A stretch of 64,000 bases of DNA, from contig OX337231.1 in NCBI GenBank assembly GCA_946965045.2, positions 1 to 64,000 of the forward strand, in the 5' to 3' direction. Both the position numbers and the translations under genes were made by a program. The notes beneath the pieces were generated by a model, which saw nothing but the letters and a program-made list of their open reading frames with translations, did no database searches and was not told where the DNA came from. This DNA comes from Epithemia pelagica. Its lineage: Eukaryota; Protista; Bacillariophyta. Below are positions 10,858 to 21,950 of this stretch, piece by piece; the first letter of the stretch is position 1; every line of letters starts with the position of its first letter.

Positions 10858-12553
10858 GGCCTTTTGTATTTCAGTTCGTTGTAATGTTACGAAGCAGAAT
10901 GGAGAAGGTTGGCACTTGATTGTACTTCGGGAGAAAGAAATCAGCAATCAAACATGGACCTCTGGAGTCAGACAACAAAAATGAGGACAATCGTTGAACT
11001 TTCAAACGAGAGGATGAGAGCAATAACGAAGGAATCGGTGTACAATATCATATATCAAAATGTTCCAAATGGCAAAACCTACCAGAATAAAGGGTTCAAA
11101 ATGATATGACGTCAATAATGAGTATCATACAAAGAGAGGAAGATATGGGAGTAGTGTATTTACTACTCGACTTTATCGGAGTAGTGTATTTACTACTCGA
11201 TTACGAATGGCGTTCAAAGAACGCCGCTATCTCGCGTTGTGCGTACGCATTGTGCATATGCCCTCTCTTGTTTCGGTTAAAAAGGGTTGCGGCCGCGGAA
11301 GTTGCAAGTTGCAAGACAATCAACGAGAGCACAAAGCATAAACCAAAGATGGAGGACTCGTTGTTTTCCCTCTTCATTGTTGACTGTCATGGTGAATCAT
11401 GTTGTTGTTCATGGCCAATGTAGATGTAGGTTGTAGGTTGAAGTCCAATCGTCCTATTGTATTCCCTGTCCGATTTCCGATTGATTGTCTGATAATCGAA
11501 CACATCAATAGTTTGAATGATGCATTTGTTTGATTGTTGCATTCCTTCCAATCCGTGATCCTCGAATCATCTTGCTGTGCATGGTTCTTGTCCCATTGTA
11601 GGAAGTAGGGTACACAACAATGGAAAAAGAGATGGTAAGCGATCGTCACAAATCAATACGTGCCATTGCCATGTTTTCGACAAGAGAGATACTGTTGGCA
11701 GCAGACGTTAATTTATTTATGCCGACGGTTATATTGTTAGAATTCTCACCGTCTATGGTGGTTAGATTCTACATCTCATCGATTCCCCATGTCACATAGC
11801 CTCGTGCTATCGTATCATGCCATCTAGCTTCGAGCTATGTTCCCTAGCTTCGCGCTATATCGACCTATATTTCTTCGCAAATCATGAAAAGTGAGAATAG
11901 ATTGACGAACTCACTCTCAAGACTAAACTGGGTCGTGCGGTATTACAACGGACATAAATTTGGCCGTTGCTCGGACATTATACTAACGCCCTAAGCGTAC
12001 GCGCCCGAAATCATCGAGCGCGCCCAAGCGACATCCGAGCGCTGTCGGCATCTATCCGACCCAACGGTCTAAGTATCCCAAGCACGACACACGATCACGC
12101 GAGACCATATTTCCATTCCCACAATCTCCAAATTGTCAACAAGCTGCGCGCCATGAAAACAACTATGCCAACCCAAAGCAAGAGCTGTTGACCCTGTATA
12201 TGTTATCCGTCCACATATACATGTCATATACATCACATGAATCGACTCCAACTATTCCAAACCTGTTGCCGCCAAGAATCTATGACACATGACCCTTGGC
12301 AGGACCGAACATTTCACGTAGACCTATCGTAGTAATCAACACACAATCTAACAATATCACCATTTATCACATCATCTTTTGTGTCCCGACTATCCTTCTG
12401 ATAGACTTCGACTTGCTTGCTTCTTTGACCCTGAGAAGCTTGTATCGGTTGGTGACCTACCTGATTGTCTGCTCTACCGAGCATCAATGTCCCTACGATT
12501 CAGAAAGAATTGTAACAGATTAACAGTCTCAAAGCTTATTTCCTTGTGGTTTC

Positions 12554-12923
12554 ATGGATACTAACGAGCTTATCACTCCTGTACGACAGATCTATCGAGC
12601 CAAACTGCATCCAGGGCAGCCCGATACCCTGGTGCAGCAGGAACTGGTGCCGACGCCGAAGGCAGCCAACACATCGGTCAACATCTCCGTCGACAGTTCC
12701 AACAGCAACCCATTCGAGACTCCAACCCAGCCTCACACTCCGATCCCTGCGCCGTTGCTTCGGCCCCCGAGTCCGCCTCGTCGGCTCGTCCCTTCTCGAT
12801 CCCGTCGTACCACCCGGTTGATTGCTGATCATATCAAGTACTTCCGTCAACCAACTTGTTCGACCTTCGATCCCGAGATCATCCGTGGGGAGACCCAGAT
12901 CGAACACCAGTTCCAATCGGTGA
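12554..12923 (+). pseudogene. Pro-rich ORF of unknown origin, cut at 12924 by the first element junction
   Basis: The ORF runs directly into the CCCTAAGG junction. No recognisable domain. Confidence 0.3.
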
Positions 12924-12967
12924 CCCTAAGGAGAAAGTGCCTGTCCGTAGGCCTACGTAGACTCTAG

Positions 12968-13110
12968 CGTCCCACTGCAGAACAGCCCCCATCCCACTTG
13001 TCCCACTGCAGAACCGCCCTCTGTCCCACTGCAGAAGTGCCCTGTCCCACTGCAGAACAGCCTGCTGTCCCACTGCAGAACAGCCCACTAGAACAGCCCT
13101 ATTCTAGTCA
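12968..13110 (+). repeat. Imperfect tandem repeats with core TCCCACTGCAGAA (alpha terminus)
   Basis: About six copies of the core at roughly 21-26 bp spacing. The reverse complement occurs at about 35045-35175 and 39250-39300. Confidence 0.85.
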
Positions 13111-13327
13111 TACCTATGCCCATGCTTATTAGTTAGTCTTAGCTCGACTAGTATCATTTCCCGTCACTACAAGTGCGACTGGGTCAGATTTTTGTGTGAA
13201 ATGACCCTTCTTTGGGCCTAATATTTTTTTGTGAGACGTGATTAGATTTTTTGTGAGATGACTCTTCTATGGGCCTTTTGATGATGGTCTTTAACCCGAC
13301 ACATTGTAACTACTAACTTAATACTAT

Positions 13328-14653
13328 TTACTTGAATGCTTTCTTTGCATATGGATTCCTTGGTAGAGCTGGTCGTGCCACAGACGGTCTGGCTGCTGTG
13401 GTTGCATGAGGTGTCTGCGTCACTGTCATGCCCATCCGTTGTTCAACACTCTGACACAGAAAAGCATGAAACGAATGGCTGTCGCATGTTACTTCGGACA
13501 TGAAATCAGTCATTGCTCTGGATTGTCCATTGGTCTTCCTTGACTCATATACATCGATCATCAGCCGCTTCAATCTTCGTTGTAAAGGACATGCACTGGG
13601 ATGGTGTTGCTTGTAGCCGCGCCTGCTGAACACATCAAAGCAGTAAAAGCAGGCCTTGTTGCTCAAGACTGTTCGGAAATTGACTTGGCACTGTCCTCTC
13701 TGGTGACCTGACTGACCACAGTGGAAGCATGCTCCATAGGGCAGACAGCTTTCACCATTGCATCCTGCCTCCTTGCACACAATGCATTCTCTTGTAAGCC
13801 TTGCCAGATAGGATTCAGCCTTTTCCGCATCAATGTCTTCATTCCTGACCCTCTCCCTGACTCTGGAGTGTCCACTTTGACTTGATTGTTCAACACACCA
13901 ATCACACACACCACAGCAATCCACCTCCAATCCGAATCGTCTTGACAGACCTTGTACTCGGCATGTTCTTTCGGCCAGCCACTTTGCTATTGAACTTGAG
14001 CCAAACACCGACTCAAGGTGAGCTCTTGATTCAGATCCAGTCAGTAATCCTTTGTCTTCAAGTAGCCTCAATGTCTGGTCTTCTTGGAGATCCCTTGCCG
14101 TGTGTCCTGTGCTGTACAACAATGTGACACTCCCATCAGGCTTTCTCTGACTTGGCCGTAGGCGTCCCACAGCTTGGACGATGTTCATTAGACTGTATAT
14201 CATGCCGCATACAATCACATGTCGACAATTGTGATTCTCATTACCACATAGTGCACATGTTGTTGAGACCAAGATTCGGATGTCCCCAGATCTCCACTGC
14301 TGGGCAACTGCTTCTTGTCTACTTGAAGGCTCATCCGATGACAGAGCTTCAACAGAAAGGTTGGTTGATTGCTTGAGGCACTGTGCAATGTCGGTACACT
14401 GCTGTTTAGTCGCCACAATCACATGTACACAGGTTGATGACTCTTTGGTTACTTTGCCTTTGGTGCAGATCACTGTGTCATGGACTAGTTGTGATGATTG
14501 GACTGTCTCAATTCGGAAACCCTTAGGGAAGATTCCCAATAGAGTTCTCCCCGTAATCAATCGATCGAGACGAAGGCCCAAGTATTCATAAAGACTCTCT
14601 ACCAGAGGCCCGGGAAGAGTTCCAGAGAGTGTGGTGAGGGGCACCCCAAATTG
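13328..14653 (-). pseudogene. 3' fragment of subfamily C YR-RecQ gene (helicase motifs III-VI, Zn domains)
   Basis: Nearly identical to the C-terminal half of ORF 31959-34814. The N-terminal residues of the listed ORF (to 14728) come from the adjacent beta terminus. Confidence 0.85.
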
Positions 14654-17600
14654 CCCTAAGGATATTTGCCTTTTTTGGGTGTCTTTAGTACTAGAGACCG
14701 TAGGATTTGAACGTGTGCATATGAGCACAAGGGGCTATAGTATCTGTGCATATGAGCAATGCTATATATGCCTTTTGTTGCAAAAGAGCACTGCCCCTTG
14801 TGCAGATGAGCACAGAATGTCTATGCCCCGCTCAAGTCTAATTTCTAAGCACTCATATTCAATATGAGTCCTGAATTTCATTGATTACTAACCATTACCG
14901 CACTCTTAGTTGTTCCCCCGTTCTTTTGGCGCGAAAAGCTTGCCTGCGTGCCCCTTCGCGCCAAACATTTTCACCTGAAAACCTCAATAGGCCCAACATC
15001 TTCACCTGAAAACCTCAATTGGCCCAACAAAAGGTCATTGTTGTTTCATGAATTATGACTCTTGCAAAGAAGCCCATCCTTGCTTTTGCTTGAGAGTCGG
15101 CTGGTTATGTCTCTTCCTCTGTTCCATGCACACGAGGAAACCAGCAATGGCTACCAACAATGGGCCTGGAACGCCATCTCCATCCCGGAGACGGCCTGTG
15201 AAGAAGATCCGTTCCGATCAGGGCATTGGCTTGTCATGTTTAGATGCTACAATTGTGACACCCTTTGGTATGGGATGCGGCATATGCAAGAAATCATTCG
15301 GAGAAAGTCTTTGGTCCATGCAGCGGCATCTAAATCAACATGGAGTCTGTGTCTCAGCAACTGACAACCGACTCCTTGTTGCAAGAAAACAGTCCCTTGA
15401 GCAAATTTTGCAAGAAGACCCTCATACCGCAAAAAACTTCTTCACGGGGAGGTCTGTTCTTGGATATTCTTGCAGGTGTCTTGTTGGCTGGACAAGACTC
15501 AGCAATGTTTTGCGTCATCTCTCCTCACCTAACTCTTGTGGAGCCATTGGGCCTGAGAGGGAACAATTGCAGGTCACTTCTTGTGGGAGGCTGGTATCTA
15601 TGACTGCTGTCAGTATGAAATATTCCCAAGAGGATCCAATCTTGAAAACAAAGAGAGCGGTCACCCAAACTTTCCATATGGTATCTGAGGAGATGGTTGA
15701 TTGTTTTGTTCCTTTGTTTCATCCATTGGCTCAGGAGGAACACTACTCTTCCAAGCCAGATGGAGCAACCTTTCAAGAACGGATGGAAAATTTGCTTTCT
15801 CTGACAACCACTAGCGGCAAAGATGAAGTCAACGAACCCATACTCAAGTTTTTCTATGATTTTGGAGAGAAGTGGTTGTTGCATGGCGCTCCAATTCATG
15901 TGAAAATGGTCCCAGCAAATTTTCGGTCGAAGCTTTTGGTATTTGATGGTACAAGGGAAAGTGGGTCACATGCTGGAGCAAATACGACCTACACATTCAC
16001 CAAGTTTCCAAACCGACTTGTTCCAGAGCTCAAGAAATTGTTGTGCTTCATCCACAAGCAGCAGCCATCCATTATGAAGAGAGAATGTGACTTACAGTCA
16101 TTACTTGTTGATCTGTGTCTCGAGACACCTGACTCTGTCAGGCACCATACTATGCTCATGACTTATGCGGTTGGCCGGACTTTGCAGCATAAGGACACCG
16201 CAGGGTCATTGTCCGTACTGGGCCCATCACGTATCGCAACAATGTATTCCGCTCTGCTCACCATTCTAAGGGCGAGTATATGTTCCTTGATCTACAAAAT
16301 GGACAAAGATTATTCTCAACAGGCCTTGACTCTAGTAAAACGGGCACAGGAATCCATAACAATCAATTTCTTGGCAAGTTCCATTCGACGCATGCGCGAA
16401 AAAGAAGCACTTATGCCATCTTCCCGGAAAGTGTCCATTCGAACCACAAAAGATATATTGGTTGACAACTTCCTTTTTAAATTTGATATTTGGACGAATG
16501 TTGTACCATGTATTGAAGAAAAGTGTATTTCATCTTTCAGAACTCTTCTGGTTGGTGACCAATGGACTGATTTCCTCAACCTAAATTTGCACTTGTACGT
16601 CAATTTGGCTCCATCTTCTGGATTGGTGTCTCTTCAGGTCGAGAAAGAATCTTCTATCATAACATCTGAAGTGATTCAAGTGCACCATGCCTTCAATGCA
16701 ACATCTGTTGATATTCTGGTATCATTCTTGGAACTTGCATTCCACGGAACAGGGTTGGGCTCCATGCGATATGCAGAAATTGAAAGGTGTCTGTTTAGTA
16801 GCATTCGTTGGCATGGCCAACAATGCTACTATTACAGTCACACCGAGAAAGTATACACTGCACTCAACAACAAACCTGGAAAGCTTGTTGAACACAAGCT
16901 ACCCAAGTCACTTGGACGCATATTTTTGGTCTTCAGAGTTGTATGTCAACACCTTCAGTCACAGCTGAAGCATGACTTGCGGAGACTTGTACCAGTGAGA
17001 AATAACAGGGTACACGAGATGACCGATGCTGTGGCAACAATCTTTGGCTTCGAAAACCGACCGGATTGCACACAAGTAAGGCACTTGTGGACATCAATCT
17101 CTAATATTCTTTTCCCGGAGTTTGATGAAATGTCGATCCAGAATCAGTACACAACCAAGACTGTGGCTGAACAGTCAGGTCACAGCCTCATAACACATCG
17201 TGACCATTATGGGTCAAGCAATGTAGCTGCAAAAGAAGACTTGTTCGAGACATATCATAAAGCACTGGGTGAAAAGTCTGTTGGGAAAGAATCAGTGACC
17301 ATGAAACGAGACTTGACGGATGGGGAGATATTGAGGACATTGCACAAACTCTTTGGGCCTAGTGCCACATACACGTGTTCTGAACAACACGCCATGTTGG
17401 CTTTTGCATCGAGAGAAAGCACATGTCATGGACACTTTGGTTTACCATGTGGAGGTGGCAAGTCACTATCATGGTTAGTCCCGGTGGTAGGAGCCAAGCT
17501 ACATCACTTGGCTCCCAAGACCTATATGGTAGTCGTGCCCTACAAATTTTTATCTGGTTACCATGAAGAACAAGTATCACGCAACTTGCCATCAGGTGTG

Positions 17601-17980
17601 GAAGTGTCTTCCATGACAGTTTCAGGCAATCAAGTTACGGCAGACCGACTGCCTGATGGTCTCCATGACTTCAAAATGTTGCCAGACATTGTTTTCTTCA
17701 GTCTCGAGGCCATATGGATGTTGGAGAAATATCATTCCTCTACTATAGAAGAGTGGGTGGAGAAGTCAGCTTTGGCCAAAATCATAATTGATGAGGTTCA
17801 CACAATTTACTCGGAGCTTTCCTTTCGGTCCAAATTTGATTGCCTTCCACGTCTTGTTCGCTACGGAGTGCCCGTCATGACCTTAAGTGGGTCCCTCCCA
17901 CGGTTTTCATTGCCAAGTCTTATGAGATACATGTCAATGACTCAAAGACAAGATCTCAAAGATATGACAATCGGATATGC
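14654..17980 (+). mobile_element. YR-RecQ telomeric element unit, beta terminus (subfamily A), ended by telomere addition
   Basis: Starts CCCTAAGGATATTTGCC, the same terminus as at 28852 and 38101. Confidence 0.85.
15147..17980 (+). pseudogene. Subfamily A YR-RecQ gene, open reading frame truncated after helicase motif III by telomeric repeats
   Basis: ATG of MATNNGPGTPSP at 15147. GTGLGSMRYAEI, CTQVRHLW and EQSGHSLITHRDHYG are YR motifs; LPCGGGKS, IIIDEVH and TLSGSL are helicase motifs. The frame then runs into RVRVRV from TTAGGG. Confidence 0.85.
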
Positions 17981-18507
17981 TAGGGTTAGGGTTAGGGTTA
18001 GGGTTAGGGTTAGGGTTAGGGTTAGGGTTAGGGTTAGGGTTAGGGTTAGGGTTAGGGTTAGGGTTAGGGTTAGGGTTAGGGTTAGGGTTAGGGTTAGGGT
18101 TAGGGTTAGGGTTAGGGTTAGGGTTAGGGTTAGGGTTAGGGTTAGGGTTAGGGTTAGGGTTAGGGTTAGGGTTAGGGTTAGGGTTAGGGTTAGGGTTAGG
18201 GTTAGGGTTAGGGTTAGGGTTAGGGTTAGGGTTAGGGTTAGGGTTAGGGTTAGGGTTAGGGTTAGGGTTAGGGTTAGGGTTAGGGTTAGGGTTAGGGTTA
18301 GGGTTAGGGTTAGGGTTAGGGTTAGGGTTAGGGTTAGGGTTAGGGTTAGGGTTAGGGTTAGGGTTAGGGTTAGGGTTAGGGTTAGGGTTAGGGTTAGGGT
18401 TAGGGTTAGGGTTAGGGTTAGGGTTAGGGTTAGGGTTAGGGTTAGGGTTAGGGTTAGGGTTAGGGTTAGGGTTAGGGTTAGGGTTAGGGTTAGGGTTAGG
18501 GTTAGGG
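17981..18507 (+). repeat. Telomeric (TTAGGG)n array
   Basis: Perfect hexamer array up to the gap. Confidence 0.99.
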
Positions 18508-18707
18508 NNNNNNNNNNNNNNNNNNNNNNNNNNNNNNNNNNNNNNNNNNNNNNNNNNNNNNNNNNNNNNNNNNNNNNNNNNNNNNNNNNNNNNNNNNNNN
18601 NNNNNNNNNNNNNNNNNNNNNNNNNNNNNNNNNNNNNNNNNNNNNNNNNNNNNNNNNNNNNNNNNNNNNNNNNNNNNNNNNNNNNNNNNNNNNNNNNNNN
18701 NNNNNNN
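18508..18707. other. 200-N assembly gap joining two telomere arrays
   Basis: Run of exactly 200 N. Confidence 0.99.
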
Positions 18708-19209
18708 ACCCTAACCCTAACCCTAACCCTAACCCTAACCCTAACCCTAACCCTAACCCTAACCCTAACCCTAACCCTAACCCTAACCCTAACCCTAACC
18801 CTAACCCTAACCCTAACCCTAACCCTAACCCTAACCCTAACCCTAACCCTAACCCTAACCCTAACCCTAACCCTAACCCTAACCCTAACCCTAACCCTAA
18901 CCCTAACCCTAACCCTAACCCTAACCCTAACCCTAACCCTAACCCTAACCCTAACCCTAACCCTAACCCTAACCCTAACCCTAACCCTAACCCTAACCCT
19001 AACCCTAACCCTAACCCTAACCCTAACCCTAACCCTAACCCTAACCCTAACCCTAACCCTAACCCTAACCCTAACCCTAACCCTAACCCTAACCCTAACC
19101 CTAACCCTAACCCTAACCCTAACCCTAACCCTAACCCTAACCCTAACCCTAACCCTAACCCTAACCCTAACCCTAACCCTAACCCTAACCCTAACCCTAA
19201 CCCTAACCC
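18708..19209 (-). repeat. Telomeric array, (CCCTAA)n on the + strand
   Basis: Perfect hexamer array. Confidence 0.99.
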
Positions 19210-21900
19210 ATGCGCATCATGTCGCATATTGACATCTCACTCAAATTCACACTCAAAACACAAGTCCACAATATCCACAACACTATACACCAAGTTCGCA
19301 CTGCACGAAACACACCTGGCCACTTGGTGAACAAAAATAGCAAAACATCAATAGATAAACCATTCAAATACCTTCAAGACACATCACTTGCGCATCATGT
19401 CGAATATTGACATCTCACTCAAATTCACACTCAAAACACAAGTCCACAATATCCACAACACTATACACCAAGTTTGCACTGCACGAAACACACCTGGCCA
19501 CTTGGTGAACAAAAATCGCAAAACATCAATAGATAAACCATTCAAATACCTTCAAGACACATCACTTGCGCATCATGTCGAATATTGACATCTCACTCAA
19601 ATTCACACTCAAAACACAAGTCCACAATATCCACAACACTATACACCAAGTTCGCACTGCACGAAACACACCTGGCCACTTGGTGAACAAAAATCGTAAA
19701 ACATCAATAGATAGACCATTCTAATACCTTCAAGACACATCACTTGTGAATCATGTCGCATATTGACGTCTCACTAAAATTCACACTCAAATCACAAGTC
19801 CTCAATATCCACAACACTATACTCCAAGTTCGCACTGCACGAAACACACCTTCCACTAACCCGAATACTCGCATCGCAACGAATGGTATTATGTAAACTT
19901 ATACTTTAGATTTTGCAAGGAAAGCCATGAATGTGCTTTTGCTTGTGTAGCATGTCGCATATTGACATCTCACTCAAATTCACACTCAAAACACAAGTCC
20001 ACAATATCCACAACACTATACACCAAGTTCGCACTGCACGAAACACACCTGGCCACTTGGTGAACAAAAATAGCAAAACATCAATAGATAAACCATTCAA
20101 ATACCTTCAAGACACATCACTTGCGCATCATGTCGAATATTGACATCTCACTCAAATTCACACTCAAAACACAAGTCCACAATATCCACAACACTATACA
20201 CCAAGTTTGCACTGCACGAAACACACCTGGCCACTTGGTGAACAAAAATCGCAAAACATCAATAGATAAACCATTCTAATATCTTCAAGACACATCCCAT
20301 GCGCATCATGTCGCATATTGACATCTCACTCAAATTCACACTCAAAACACAAGTCCACAATATCCACAACACTATACACCAAGTTCGCACTGCACGAAAC
20401 ACACCTGGCCACTTGGTGAACAAAAATCGTAAAACATCAATAGATAGACCATTCTAATACCTTCAAGACACATCACTTGTGAATCATGTCGCATATTGAC
20501 GTCTCACTAAAATTCACACTCAAATCACAAGTCCTCAATATCCACAACACTATACTCCAAGTTCGCACTGCACGAAACACACCTTCCACTAACCCGAATA
20601 CTCGCATCGCAACGAATGGTATTATGTAAACTTATACTTTAGATTTTGCAAGGAAAGCCATGAATGTGCTTTTGCTTGTGTAGCATGTCGCATATTGACA
20701 TCTCACTCAAATTCACACTCAAAACACAAGTCCACAATATCCACAACACTATACACCAAGTTCGCACTGCACGAAACACACCTGGCCACTTGGTGAACAA
20801 AAATAGCAAAACATCAATAGATAAACCATTCAAATACCTTCAAGACACATCACTTGCGCATCATGTCGAATATTGACATCTCACTCAAATTCACACTCAA
20901 AACACAAGTCCACAATATCCACAACACTATACACCAAGTTTGCACTGCACGAAACACACCTGGCCACTTGGTGAACAAAAATCGCAAAACATCAATAGAT
21001 AAACCATTCAAATACCTTCAAGACACATCACTTGCGCATCATGTCGAATATTGACATCTCACTCAAATTCACACTCAAAACACAAGTCCACAATATCCAC
21101 AACACTATACACCAAGTTTGCACTGCACGAAACACAAGTCCACAATATCCACAACATGATACATCAAGTTCGCACTGCACGAAACACACCTGGCCACTTG
21201 GTGAACAAAAATCGCAAAACATCAATAGATAAACCATTCTAATATCTTCAAGACACATCACTTGCAAATCATGTCGCATATTGACAACTCACTCAAATTC
21301 ACTCTCAAAACACAAGTCCACAATATCCACAACACTATACACCAAGTTTGCACTGCACGAAACACACCTGGCCACTTGGTGAACAAAAATCGCAAAACAT
21401 CAATAGATAAACCATTCAAATATCTTCAAGACACATCACTTGCGAATCATGTCGCATATTGACATCTCACTAAAATTCACTCTCAAAACACAAGTCCACA
21501 ATATCCACAACATTATACACCAAGTTTGCACTGCACGAAACACACCTGGCCACTTGGTGAACAAAAATCGCAAAACATCAATAGATAAACCATTCTAATA
21601 TCTTCAAGACACATCCCATGCGCATCATGTCGCATATTGACATCTCACTCAAATTCACACTCAAAACACAAGTCCACAATATCCACAACACTATACACCA
21701 AGTTCGCACTGCACGAAACACACCTGGCCACTTGGTGAACAAAAATCGTAAAACATCAATAGATAGACCATTCTAATACCTTCAAGACACATCACTTGTG
21801 AATCATGTCGCATATTGACGTCTCACTAAAATTCACACTCAAATCACAAGTCCTCAATATCCACAACACTATACTCCAAGTTCGCACTGCACGAAACACA
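19210..21900. repeat. 178-bp subtelomeric satellite with higher-order duplications
   Basis: Unit starts at 19210, 19388, 19566 and onward. It is interrupted by copies of the last ~50 nt of ORF B plus its 3' flank at about 19856-19950 and 20589-20683. Confidence 0.95.
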
Positions 21901-21950
21901 CCTTCCACTAACCCGAATACTCGCATCGCAACGAATGGTATTATGTAAAC

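Larger units (their letters stand above)
6703..11212 (-). mobile_element. piggyBac-like DNA transposon
   Basis: 12-bp TIR CGCCATTCGTAA at 6703-6714 and its reverse complement at 11201-11212. Flanks are TTAA (6699-6702) and TTCA (11213-11216). Subterminal TACTACTC(C)GA repeats lie at both ends and a transposase ORF lies inside. Confidence 0.75.
12924..14653 (-). mobile_element. YR-RecQ telomeric element unit, alpha terminus (3' end of subfamily C gene)
   Basis: Starts CCCTAAGGAGAAAGTGCC and mirrors 33487-35218. Truncated by the junction at 14654. Confidence 0.85.

Noticed and set aside
11989-11997. CCCTAAGCG as a further element junction
   Set aside because: Not followed by any of the recognised terminus sequences or repeats; probably chance.
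17977-19232. RVRVRV, LGLGLG and TLTLTL ORFs
   Set aside because: They are translations of telomeric hexamers and N gap, not proteins. The listed 1394-aa ORF is really ORF A truncated at 17980.
19210-21900. CRISPR-like array or repeated 60-70 aa ORFs
   Set aside because: Units are near-identical throughout with no unique spacers and no cas genes; the ORFs are by-products of the satellite.
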